Positions 37,398 through 46,618 of a stretch of DNA of 64,000 bases are shown here, in pieces. The DNA lies in assembly GCA_011174825.1 (NCBI GenBank), contig DUEZ01000065.1, positions 4,151-68,150 of the forward strand. Direction: 5' to 3'. Positions within the stretch are counted from its first letter, which is position 1. Every line of letters begins with the position of its first letter. Source of the DNA: Anaerolineae bacterium. Its GTDB lineage: Bacteria; Chloroflexota; Anaerolineae; Anaerolineales; E44-bin32. Both the position numbers and the translations under genes were made by a program. Under the pieces are notes generated by a model, which ran no database searches, was not told where the DNA came from, and was given only the letters and a program-made list of their open reading frames with translations.

Positions 37398-37561
37398 GCC
37401 CGAATATTTGCCATCAGACTTGAGTAGATACCATTCACAGAACAGCCTCCAAAAAATGATTTAAAAAAAATTACACTCACAAGCAGAGAGAACACCTGGG
37501 CTACTTTCTTACCCGGCTTTGGAGTAAGTTCAGCTGAACGGCGTGGGAACCTGACCATTAA

Positions 37562-37659
37562 TGTCATTCTGAGCGCCGCAAGGCGCGAAGAAACTTGTTG
37601 TTGGGAAAGAGCGTTAAATGAATTCGGAAAACGAGATCCTTCGCTCCGCTCAGGATGAC
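37562..37659. repeat. Hairpin repeat TGTCATTCTGAGCG ... CGCTCAGGATGACA
   Basis: Terminal inverted arms are visible. It explains the spurious ORF 37394-37690 (..HPERSEGS..). Confidence 0.6.
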
Positions 37660-38045
37660 ATTGGTGAAAATATCTTTCTCCAGATAACAAAATCCCTGGA
37701 CAGAATATTCAAGGCTTCGCTCATGGTGTAAATCTTGTTGAACTCAAGATGCATTATCCAGAGAATCGGCCAGAGTACTTTGCCAGAGGCGAATTCAAGG
37801 TTCGTACAAGTAAAACCGAGATCAAGTCAACCATCTAGGACGAAACAGGTTGCGAGAACGCATTATGTATTTAGGGGCGATTTGCAAACGAAAAGCAATA
37901 AGCTACTTATTCACTTTGAGGACAAATAATCCCCTCCATCCCCAGCGCCTGTAAAATCTACAGCATAACGCAATCCCTCCCGATCACCTCTACCGAGAGG
38001 TGACTCCTATGCTACAATCCAAGTCAAAGAGACAGGATAAGAAGA

Positions 38046-38891
38046 ATGCTTGACGTACGACCCTCACCCATATCAGGCACATGGTATCCGGGTGATCCGG
38101 AGGCACTCGCCCAATCGATCGACCGTCAGCTGCAGAATAGCGAGATCAGCCCAATATCCGGTGAATTGATTGGGGTGATCGCCCCCCACGCCGGACACCG
38201 CTATTCGGGCCAAGTCGCCGCACATGCATTCCGTTACCTGGAGGGACTCACTCCTGATGTTGTCGCCGTGATTTCGCCTCTTCACCACCCTCATCTCAGT
38301 CAAGTACTCACCACAGGCCATGACGCTTATGGAACACCATTGGGCTCCATACCGGTGGACCAAACATTGCTTCAGCGATTCGAAACCCAATTGATCGAAG
38401 ACGGAGGAATTGAGGTCACGTATGTCAGAAACGATGGTGAACACTCCGTAGAGATCGAACTGCCCTTCCTGCAACGCATCCTTACCCAACCCTTCCAATT
38501 GTTACCGCTGATGTTACGTGATCAATCACGACCCACCGTCGAAGCTGTTGGCCACGCATTAGGAAAAGTGTTGCGCGACCAATCTGCCATCCTTGTCGCT
38601 AGTTCTGACCTGTCCCATTTCTATCCCCAGTCAATGGCAGAACAGTATGATGCGGAGGTTCTGACCCGCGTTGAAGCCTTCAACCCATCCGCTGTCCTCT
38701 CCGCTGAAGACGAGGGATTGGGATTTGCCTGCGGACGGGCCGCGATGGCAGCTGTCCTCTGGGCTTGTGAGGACCTCGGAGCGGACTCTGTTAACGTTAT
38801 TCACCATGCCACTTCAGGCGATGTCACCGGTGACTACCATTCGGTCGTCGGATATGCAGCGGCCGTGATCTATCGTGAATTTCAAAACTGA
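38046..38891 (+). CDS. MEMO1-family protein (AmmeMemoRadiSam system protein B-like)
   Basis: It has GTWYPGDPEAL, GVIAPHAGHRYSG, and SSDLSHF with downstream His residues, which is characteristic of the family. Confidence 0.85.
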   Translation: MLDVRPSPISGTWYPGDPEALAQSIDRQLQNSEISPISGELIGVIAPHAGHRYSGQVAAHAFRYLEGLTPDVVAVISPLHHPHLSQVLTTGHDAYGTPLGSIPVDQTLLQRFETQLIEDGGIEVTYVRNDGEHSVEIELPFLQRILTQPFQLLPLMLRDQSRPTVEAVGHALGKVLRDQSAILVASSDLSHFYPQSMAEQYDAEVLTRVEAFNPSAVLSAEDEGLGFACGRAAMAAVLWACEDLGADSVNVIHHATSGDVTGDYHSVVGYAAAVIYREFQN

Positions 38892-38966
38892 TGCCCTATT
38901 ATCGTTTTATTGGCTCCAGCTCATATATGTCATCACACTACCCCACTCGATTAGGATATAGAGGCG

Positions 38967-40319
38967 ATGCTATGGTTTGATCTGCTGAGACTCGTAGCTG
39001 TCGTGCTGCTTGTGCTAGCCAATGCTTTCTTCGTTGCAGCCGAGTTTGCGTTGGTCGGTGTTCGCCGAACTCGTATCGCCGAGTTGGTTGCCAAAGGTAA
39101 TATTTCGGCCCGATCGGTCGAACGAGCCATCGCGGATCCCGATCGGTTCATAGCCGCCACACAACTCGGCATCACCCTTGCCAGCCTAGGATTAGGTTGG
39201 ATTGGTGAGCCAGCGTTAAGCCACTTTCTCGAGCCGCTCATTAACTTGTTCCCGATCTCAATCGAATCGGAACTCTCACACAGTCTATCCGCTGGTCTCG
39301 CTTTCGCTCTGATCACTTTCCTGCATGTAGTAATTGGAGAACTGGCGCCCAAATCTGTCGCTTTACAAAACCCGGAGCGCACATCATTGCTCGTCGCTCG
39401 ACCAACTTTGTGGGTCGAGTGGATTTTCAGACCTGCCATCTGGTTGCTTAACGGAGCTGGTAACGCACTGCTGAGACTTTTCAAAATTAGGCCAGCCTCG
39501 GGTCACGAACTGGTCCATTCGGTCGAAGAGCTAAAGATGCTGGTTTCGGCCAGTGCAGGGAGCGGTGTCGTCGAGGACGAGGCAGAGGAGATGCTGCGTG
39601 CCGTCTTTGATTTCGGTGAGACCCTGGTGCGTCTGGTGATGATCCCTCGGACCGAGATGACCGCCGTGACGGCCGACAGCAGCTTAGAGGAAGCCCTGCA
39701 AATCGCCATCGATCATCAATACACAAAATTACCAGTCTATGGCGAGAGTCTTGATCAGGTTCTCGGTGTGCTTAACCTTAAAGACCTGCTCAACGCGATG
39801 CATAGTGAACGTAGAGATACCAAGACGGTTCGTGATCTGATGCGAGAAGCCCTCTTTATCCCAGAAACCGCAAAAGTAGGTGCATTGCTTAAACTGTTCC
39901 GCGTGCGGCAACGGCACATCGCCATCGTCTTGGATGAATATGGGGGCACCGCTGGGTTGGTGACACTAGCAGACCTTCTGGAGGAGATCGTTGGCGAAGT
40001 CGGCGACCCCTTTGATCAAGAACCCGAGGTCCTCCCGTTGCCTGACGGATCTTCTTTGGTTGATGGTCTGATGCCCATCGATGATTTTAATGAGCATTTT
40101 AACCTGAACTTACACGATCCATATTACGATACCCTCGCAGGGTTTATGCTCGGACGCTTAGGACGGCTGGCAAAAGTCGGTGATACGATCATAGTGGAAG
40201 GCGTAGAACTGCATGTCGAAGCTATGGAAGGTTTACGCATTGCGCGCGTATCGCTCGTTCCACGTTCCAATAGAAGCACACCTCCACCCGCTGCTCCTGT
40301 TGTCGAAGATCAAGAATGA
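38967..40319 (+). CDS. CNNM/CorC/TlyC-type hemolysin-family protein (DUF21 TM domain, CBS pair, CorC_HlyC)
   Basis: The 450-aa ORF has an N-terminal 4-TM DUF21 pattern (AEFALV...GELAPK), CBS pair motifs, and the C-terminal transporter-associated domain. Confidence 0.85.
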   Translation: MLWFDLLRLVAVVLLVLANAFFVAAEFALVGVRRTRIAELVAKGNISARSVERAIADPDRFIAATQLGITLASLGLGWIGEPALSHFLEPLINLFPISIESELSHSLSAGLAFALITFLHVVIGELAPKSVALQNPERTSLLVARPTLWVEWIFRPAIWLLNGAGNALLRLFKIRPASGHELVHSVEELKMLVSASAGSGVVEDEAEEMLRAVFDFGETLVRLVMIPRTEMTAVTADSSLEEALQIAIDHQYTKLPVYGESLDQVLGVLNLKDLLNAMHSERRDTKTVRDLMREALFIPETAKVGALLKLFRVRQRHIAIVLDEYGGTAGLVTLADLLEEIVGEVGDPFDQEPEVLPLPDGSSLVDGLMPIDDFNEHFNLNLHDPYYDTLAGFMLGRLGRLAKVGDTIIVEGVELHVEAMEGLRIARVSLVPRSNRSTPPPAAPVVEDQE

Positions 40320-42820
40320 TGTTTGTCGAGGTTGTGATTAACTTACCCCGCTTGCGGGGAACCTTCGATTATCATCTCCCCTCTCCACTACGAGGCCGAG
40401 TGGAACCCGGCCATCTTGTCACCGCTCCCTTTGGCCACAGGAGCGTCCAGGGAATCGTGGTTAATCTGCTCGAGAGACCATCTGTCCCAGAAACGCGCCC
40501 GATTGAAGAACTTCTCGATCCAGAACCCGTCTTAACCCCCTACCAACTCAAATTGGGTCGGTGGATAGAGGGTCAAACGCTGGCGCCTCTGATCGAATGC
40601 CTTACGTTGATGCTACCCCCCGGTCTAAGTCAAAGGGCCGATTCCCTCTACACGCTTCTTGACCTCAGCGCTGAAGGTACAACGAAGAACCAGAAACGGA
40701 TCATTGATCTGCTCACGCGACGTGGCCCCTTGAGGGGGCGGCAAATCTCGCGTGCCCTTCCGCGTCACAATTGGCAATCTGCGGCTAACGGATTAGTCAA
40801 ACGAGGTGTGCTCAACCAAGTTTCTGTCCTCGATCCCCCGCGAGCTCGCGCGAAGCATGTTCGCATAGCAAGATTAGCCGTCTCGCCCCAGGTCGCCCGT
40901 CAAACTTACGATGACCTAGGCCTTCCCGGCAGGGCAGCCGCAGGCCGACGAAGAGCAATCCTGGAGACGTTGATCCAAGAGGGGGAGCCTTTAGAAGTGC
41001 AGTGGCTCTATGCTGAGTGCGGCGCCAAATTGTCGGACCTACGCTATCTGGAAGAACGCAATCTCATATCCTTGAGTGAATCTGAGGTGTGGCGCGATCC
41101 GCTTGAATCGATCGACTTCGTGCCCAGCACGCCACCCCGTCTAACTTCTGACCAAGCTAACGCTTGGGAGGTAATCCAGGGTATGGTGCGTAAAGCGGCG
41201 GCAGAACTTGTACCCCCCATCCTGCTTCATGGGGTTACCGGTTCGGGTAAAACTGAACTCTATCTTCGAGCTGTCTCCGAGACACTTTCCTTGGGGCGTC
41301 GTGCTATTGTGCTCGTGCCAGAGATTGCCCTCACACCTCAAACTGTACGGCGCTTCCTAGCCCGTTTCCCTGGCCAAGTTGGCTTGTTACATTCACAGCT
41401 TTCCGACGGTGAGCGGTACGATACTTGGCGACGAAGCCGGGCAGGCACACTGGGGGTAATCGTCGGTCCTCGAAGCGCACTGTTCGCTCCATTACCCGAC
41501 ATTGGTTTGATCGTGGTGGACGAATCACATGACGAATCATACAAGGAACAAGGTCGGTCGCCGCGCTATCACACCCGGGAAGCCTGCCTTTCTTACAGCC
41601 AAATCATCGGTGCGACCTGCATTCTGGGTAGTGCGACACCCGACATCGTTAGCACATATCGGGCAGAACATGGCGAGCTGGTAAGGGTACGTTTACCTCA
41701 ACGCATCCTGGGTCACCGCGAGCGGATTGGCCGCCAGGCTGCGCGTCTTGGTGTGACAACACACTACAAACCATCCGAGGGCGATGCGGAAGCGATCGCC
41801 CTGCCGCCTGTTCGAGTGGTGGACATGCGTCAGGAATTGCGAGCCGGAAATCGTTCGCTCTTCAGTCGTGCGCTACAGGCTGCCCTCTCAGAAGCATTGC
41901 AAGCAAATCAACAAGCGATTCTCTTCCTCAACCGGCGAGGGACTTCTACCTATGTTTTCTGTCGCGATTGTGGTTGGGTGTCGCGCTGCCCGCGTTGCGA
42001 GACTTCTCTGACCTATCACCGTGCTCATGAGCGCTTGATGTGTCACCATTGTGGCTACACGCGAAAATCCCCGACCTCATGTCCAAATTGCAGGGGGCAA
42101 AGGGTTCGGCACTTCGGTGCTGGCACCCAACGCATCCAAGCCGAGCTCGAGAAGACTCATCCTGATGTTCGAACTTTGCGTTGGGATTGGGACGTTACGC
42201 GCACCAAGGGCGCCCATGACATCATCCTGTCCCATTTCGCTGCCCATCGGGCGGATGTCCTCATCGGAACCCAAATGATTGCCAAGGGCCTCGATCTTCC
42301 ATTGGTGACGCTTGTCGGTGTGATCTCTGCGGACACTGGGCTCAATCTGCCCGAATACCGCGCCTCCGAGCGGACCTTCCAGATCCTCACCCAAGTCGCC
42401 GGTCGCGCGGGCAGAGGTCTGCTCGGTGGTCGTGTCATCCTGCAGACATATCAACCTGAACACTTTGCCATCCAAGCGGCTTCCAAACACGACTACAACG
42501 CGTTCTATGATCAAGAACTGCGGAACCGTCACCAGCTTGGTTACCCCCCCTATAGGCGGTTGGCAAAATTAGTATTCCGACACATCTCTGACCTTGAAGC
42601 GGAAAACCAAGCCAAACAAATGAGGGTTTCCCTCCAGCGCAAACAATCCCAGCTCGAGCTATCGGCCGAGATCATCGGCCCCACCCCCTGTTTTTTTAGG
42701 AAGGAACGCGGACAATACCGCTGGCAGATCTTGATCCGCGCTACCGATCCGGCTCGTTTGATTCCAGAGGAAATACCCGAAGGTTGGATCGTGGACATCG
42801 ATCCCGTGACACTTTTATGA
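40316..42820 (+). CDS. priA: Primosomal protein N' (replication restart helicase PriA)
   Basis: The 834-aa ORF has LHGVTGSGKTE Walker A, DESH (the DExH box), the Cys-rich zinc module CRDCGWVSRCPRCETSLTYH...CHHCGY...CPNCRG, and helicase C motifs. The start overlaps the upstream stop (ATGATG). Confidence 0.92.
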   Translation: MMFVEVVINLPRLRGTFDYHLPSPLRGRVEPGHLVTAPFGHRSVQGIVVNLLERPSVPETRPIEELLDPEPVLTPYQLKLGRWIEGQTLAPLIECLTLMLPPGLSQRADSLYTLLDLSAEGTTKNQKRIIDLLTRRGPLRGRQISRALPRHNWQSAANGLVKRGVLNQVSVLDPPRARAKHVRIARLAVSPQVARQTYDDLGLPGRAAAGRRRAILETLIQEGEPLEVQWLYAECGAKLSDLRYLEERNLISLSESEVWRDPLESIDFVPSTPPRLTSDQANAWEVIQGMVRKAAAELVPPILLHGVTGSGKTELYLRAVSETLSLGRRAIVLVPEIALTPQTVRRFLARFPGQVGLLHSQLSDGERYDTWRRSRAGTLGVIVGPRSALFAPLPDIGLIVVDESHDESYKEQGRSPRYHTREACLSYSQIIGATCILGSATPDIVSTYRAEHGELVRVRLPQRILGHRERIGRQAARLGVTTHYKPSEGDAEAIALPPVRVVDMRQELRAGNRSLFSRALQAALSEALQANQQAILFLNRRGTSTYVFCRDCGWVSRCPRCETSLTYHRAHERLMCHHCGYTRKSPTSCPNCRGQRVRHFGAGTQRIQAELEKTHPDVRTLRWDWDVTRTKGAHDIILSHFAAHRADVLIGTQMIAKGLDLPLVTLVGVISADTGLNLPEYRASERTFQILTQVAGRAGRGLLGGRVILQTYQPEHFAIQAASKHDYNAFYDQELRNRHQLGYPPYRRLAKLVFRHISDLEAENQAKQMRVSLQRKQSQLELSAEIIGPTPCFFRKERGQYRWQILIRATDPARLIPEEIPEGWIVDIDPVTLL

Positions 42821-42826
42821 AGGGCC

Positions 42827-42911
42827 AGGGCACTTAGGCACCGGGGCACCAGGGTGGAATCCATGAAGCTCTTAAGCGACCAGGTGCCCAAGTGCCTTGG
42901 TGCCCAGGTGC
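42827..42911. repeat. Inverted arrays of GGCACY units with ~8-nt period
   Basis: The left side is GGCACTTA GGCACCGG GGCACCAG. The right side is the inverse, CAGGTGCC CAAGTGCC TTGGTGCC CAGGTGC. It lies in the convergent priA/dnaA gap. Confidence 0.55.
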
Positions 42912-42916
42912 TTTAA

Positions 42917-42945
42917 TAAGAAAACGCCCCTGTCGCAAGGGGCGC
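42917..42945 (-). terminator. Intrinsic terminator downstream of dnaA
   Basis: A 7-bp GC-rich stem (CGCCCCT / AGGGGCG) with a 6-nt loop, followed on the minus strand by TTTTCTTATT. Confidence 0.55.
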
Positions 42946-42971
42946 ATAAATACTCAGGACAAGAGTAGACC

Positions 42972-44315
42972 TCAGGCTGGTATACCGACCTCATGGAAGA
43001 GCTTTTCTCGAACCAGCAACACCTGTCGCCGCAACACATCGTCGGTTTCCATGAGGTTCGTGATCTTATCGTATCCGTATATCACTGTCGTATGATCACG
43101 TCCCCCAAGTGCCTCGCCAATTTGCGGTAAGGAGGCAGATGTTTCCTCTCGCATGAGATACATAGCCACTTGACGAGGCAACGCTACCTCCCTCGATCGT
43201 TCACGGCTGAGCAACCGATCTACCTCAATACCGAACTGCCTAGCAACGACAGCAATGATTCGTTCAACAGTCAGCGTGTCGCCACGAGGCAGGAGATCGA
43301 TCAGCGCCGTTTCCACCAACTCACGGCTCAACGGAGCCCCACTCAGGTCGGAAAAGGCCAAGACTCGCGTGAGCGCACCCTCAAGTTCTCGAATATTGCT
43401 CTGCACGCGACGGGCGATAAGCTCCAGCAGCTCAGACTCTACGGATCTCCTTGCACGCTCGGCCTTCGAACGCAAGATTGCTAGCCGGGTCTCAAAGTCG
43501 GGCAACTGGATATCGGCCGTCAAACCCCATTCGAACCGTGAACGCAAGCGTTCCTCCAACGTTGCGAGCGCTTTGGGTGGTCGATCGGAGGAGATGACCA
43601 ATTGTTTATCCTGTCCATGGAGCGTATTAAAGGTATGGAAAAACTCTTCCTGTGTCGATTCCTTCCCGACAAGAAATTGAATATCATCGATCAAAAGTAG
43701 ATCAATGCGGCGATAACGTTCACGGAAGGCGTCCGTTGTGTGGGTTCGAATAGCGTTGATCAGATCGTTGGTGAATTCCTCAGAGGAAACGTAGAGCACA
43801 TTCAATCCATCTGTGGCACAAATGTGTCCAATGGCATGTAGTAAATGGGTCTTCCCTAAACCGACCCCCCCGTAAAGGAATAGTGGGTTGTATGCACGAG
43901 CTGGGCTTTCGGCAACCGCTTGGCAGGCTGCGTGAGCTAGGCGGTTGCTAGATCCAACGACAAAGCTTTCAAAAGTGTAGCGGCTGGTCAGGTTAGCTGA
44001 AAGCTTCAGGTTGCTCTCGCTACCCGAGGACGCCTTCAGAACAGGCTCAGGGGATTCATCGACATTGTCCTCATGCCACACGACGAAACGCACTTCAACC
44101 GTGCGGCCAAGGATCCCGGTCAATACCTGCTTGACGGTGGAGAGCAATCGATCTTCAAGCCAGTCACGGGCGTAGGCATTCCGTACGCCGATGACGAAGG
44201 CACCATCTTCATAAGTAAGCAACTCCGTGTCGCGCACCCAGGTATCAAATGCCGCGCGTGGCATTTCCATCTGCAGTTGTCCGAGCGCAGCTTGCCAGAG
44301 TTGCTCTGAGTTCAT
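42972..44315 (-). CDS. dnaA: Chromosomal replication initiator protein DnaA
   Basis: It has AAA+ Walker A GGVGLGKTHLLHA, Walker B LLLIDDIQF and the sensor motifs. The C-terminal DnaA signature is ..LPQIGEALGGRDHTTVIYGYDKI. I prefer the ATG at 44315, 5 nt after GGAGG; the ORF track starts at TTG 44336. Confidence 0.95.
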   Translation of the reverse strand: MNSEQLWQAALGQLQMEMPRAAFDTWVRDTELLTYEDGAFVIGVRNAYARDWLEDRLLSTVKQVLTGILGRTVEVRFVVWHEDNVDESPEPVLKASSGSESNLKLSANLTSRYTFESFVVGSSNRLAHAACQAVAESPARAYNPLFLYGGVGLGKTHLLHAIGHICATDGLNVLYVSSEEFTNDLINAIRTHTTDAFRERYRRIDLLLIDDIQFLVGKESTQEEFFHTFNTLHGQDKQLVISSDRPPKALATLEERLRSRFEWGLTADIQLPDFETRLAILRSKAERARRSVESELLELIARRVQSNIRELEGALTRVLAFSDLSGAPLSRELVETALIDLLPRGDTLTVERIIAVVARQFGIEVDRLLSRERSREVALPRQVAMYLMREETSASLPQIGEALGGRDHTTVIYGYDKITNLMETDDVLRRQVLLVREKLFHEVGIPA

Positions 44316-44336
44316 GTACACCTCCACTGATCCCAA

Positions 44337-44910
44337 CTGGGAGTTAAATACACCCCACTCACTCTGTATACGTAGATCGCATATTTATAAATGTTTCGTT
44401 GAAACGCGAGAGTGTGTTCAGCCGCCGAGGATGCGGCTGTCCCGGCCATCGCCAACAGAATTTCAGCGGGACCGCGTTCCTCCTCAGTTCACCACACCAT
44501 CCACGTGGAAGCATTCTAACAAAACTGATGAGCAGGTTCAATAGATTTACCCTGCTACATCGTAAAAACTTTCAAAGTTTTAAGATTGCGAAATGTTAAA
44601 AGAAATCTTATCGATCAATTTCCCTCGATCACCAGGTGAATAAAGCCATGGCAAGTTATCACCCCATATCCGGGTTGCAACCTCACCCTCACCCCTAGAT
44701 CTAGGGAGTTGTCCCCCAACATATCAACACGAGAAGACTCAAATGTTAAATCTTAAAGAAATGCGGGAATTGCGATGAAGTAAGCGCGCACCCTCCAAAC
44801 CTAAAATCCCGGCTTCGTCTGGTCAGAAGTGGATAAATAGTATTGATCCTGATCTTAAATGCGTCTTATCGTCGCGGGTTGTGGACAAAACGCGCCCCGA
44901 GGGACGGCGA
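44337..44910. other. Candidate oriC / dnaA control region (weak support)
   Basis: There are two 8/9 DnaA-box matches: AGTGGATAA at 44828-44836 and TGTGGACAA at 44880-44888. An AT-rich tract lies at ~44565-44625, and AAATGTTAAA is repeated at 44591 and 44741. The flanking gene orientation does not fit an origin (see findings). Confidence 0.3.
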
Positions 44911-46278
44911 TCATGACCTCAAGATTTCGGCCAACGCCTCGCGCAGAGAGCGAACCTGGATCACTTGTAAGCTTTCAGGTCGAAGGTCAGCGGATATGTC
45001 GACCTGAGGGATGACCACGCGTTGGAAACCGAGTTTAGAAGCCTCACTCAGGCGCGCAGGAATCTGAGGAACGGTCCTCAATTCACCGGACAATCCGACC
45101 TCTCCAATGAATGCCACATCTCCTGGGAGCGGGAGATCCTTCACCGAGGAGGATATGGCTGCCGCGACCGCGAGGTCCGCCGCGGGCTCACTGATGCGCA
45201 ATCCTCCGACCACATTGACAAACACATCTTGATCCGATAACCGCAAACCCACTCGACGGGAGAGCACGGCAATCGTGAGCAGCAGACGGTTAAAATCCAC
45301 CCCGTTTGCAGTTCTGCGTGGGTGCCCAAATGAGGTCGCGCTGGTTAGACCCTGGATTTCTACCAACAAAGGACGCGTGCCCTCCATGGTGACAGCGATG
45401 GCCGAACCAGGTGAGTCCACGACGCGCTCAGCCAGAAAAGTTTCCGACGGGTTCGGAACCTCTTCCATTCCTGACGCACCCATCTCAAAGACACCCACCT
45501 CGGTTGTCGGACCAAAGCGGTTCTTCACCGAGCGTAACAATCGATAGGCATGAAAGCTGTCACCCTCCAGATAAAGCACGGTATCCACGATGTGCTCCAA
45601 GACCTTCGGTCCTGCGATCGCGCCTTCTTTCGTCACATGCCCTACTAGAAAAACAGCCACGCCAGAGGATTTTGCTAATGTCTGCAAACGTGAAGCACAT
45701 TCACGAACCTGTGATATGGAACCTGCGCTCGCGTCAAGTTCTGACGTGTGCGTGGTTTGAATCGAATCGATGACTACCACGATCGGGCTTGTCCTCTCGA
45801 TCGCCGGGGTGATGGCTTCGAGGCTGGTTTCTGTGAGTAAGTACAAATCGTCAGGCGCCCCACCATGCAGTATCCGCAACACCCTGTTTTTGATCTGACG
45901 CTCGGACTCTTCACCAGAGATATAGAGGACCGATCCCTGATCAGCCAATACCAGTGCTAACTGGAGCAACAACGTTGACTTACCAATACCAGGGTCGCCA
46001 CCGATCAACACCACAGAGCCGGGCACCACACCACCACCCAACACGCGAGAGAACTCATGGATAGGCAGAGGTATGCGGTCTGTGTCCTCTCCCTCAATCT
46101 CCATCAAGCGCATCGGTTGGGAGGTCTCAACCATCGCACTTGGTCCTCTACCTCGTTTTGTTGTGACAATCTCCGCCACCATGCTGTTCCAGGCACCACA
46201 TTGCGGACAACGCCCAAGTGCTTTGGCCGCCCTCCGTCCACATTGTTGACATACATACTCGGTCTTTGACTTGACCAC
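44911..46278 (-). CDS. radA: DNA repair protein RadA/Sms
   Basis: It has the N-terminal zinc ribbon CQQCG...CPQCGAWNS, the RecA-like Walker A GGDPGIGKSTL, the KNRFG motif, and a Lon-like C-terminal domain. Confidence 0.95.
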   Translation of the reverse strand: MVKSKTEYVCQQCGRRAAKALGRCPQCGAWNSMVAEIVTTKRGRGPSAMVETSQPMRLMEIEGEDTDRIPLPIHEFSRVLGGGVVPGSVVLIGGDPGIGKSTLLLQLALVLADQGSVLYISGEESERQIKNRVLRILHGGAPDDLYLLTETSLEAITPAIERTSPIVVVIDSIQTTHTSELDASAGSISQVRECASRLQTLAKSSGVAVFLVGHVTKEGAIAGPKVLEHIVDTVLYLEGDSFHAYRLLRSVKNRFGPTTEVGVFEMGASGMEEVPNPSETFLAERVVDSPGSAIAVTMEGTRPLLVEIQGLTSATSFGHPRRTANGVDFNRLLLTIAVLSRRVGLRLSDQDVFVNVVGGLRISEPAADLAVAAAISSSVKDLPLPGDVAFIGEVGLSGELRTVPQIPARLSEASKLGFQRVVIPQVDISADLRPESLQVIQVRSLREALAEILRS

Positions 46279-46345
46279 GATTCCTCCTACGGAGGATTAT
46301 ACTTGCCCCAGCTCTCTCACGCGAGTGAAAGATAACTCACGAGAG

Positions 46346-46455
46346 CACTGAAAAAGTCACCCCCGAGGAGCAGGAAGAGGTATATGAGGGGGTGTGGGCG
46401 TTGCCCACACCCCCTCATAAAACAATGTCCCTCGCGCGATTGACCTTTTTCAGTG
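46346..46455. repeat. MITE-like nested-palindrome element, copy 3
   Basis: It has the termini CACTGAAAAAGTC / GACCTTTTTCAGTG and the core ATGAGGGGGTGTGGGC-GTT-GCCCACACCCCCTCAT. Confidence 0.7.
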
Positions 46456-46523
46456 GATGCAACTCATCTGTTCGTGCAAGAATGGCTAACTGGTTTCTGG
46501 TCATCATTCAGACAATAAGATAA

Positions 46524-46553
46524 CCAAAAGAGCCCGATACCATCACCGGGCTC
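46524..46553 (-). terminator. Intrinsic terminator downstream of clpC
   Basis: A 7-bp stem (GAGCCCG / CGGGCTC), followed on the minus strand by TTTTGGTT, about 65 nt after the clpC stop. Confidence 0.5.
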
Positions 46554-46618
46554 AGTTCATCTTGGGTGTGGGTTTTCACCCACCTCAACATATCGTGTTT
46601 GTTTTAATAAATACCCTA

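Noticed and set aside
38951-39484. 177-aa minus-strand ORF
   Set aside because: It lies entirely antisense to the well-supported CNNM/CorC gene. Its Ser/Ala/Arg-rich translation has no motifs.
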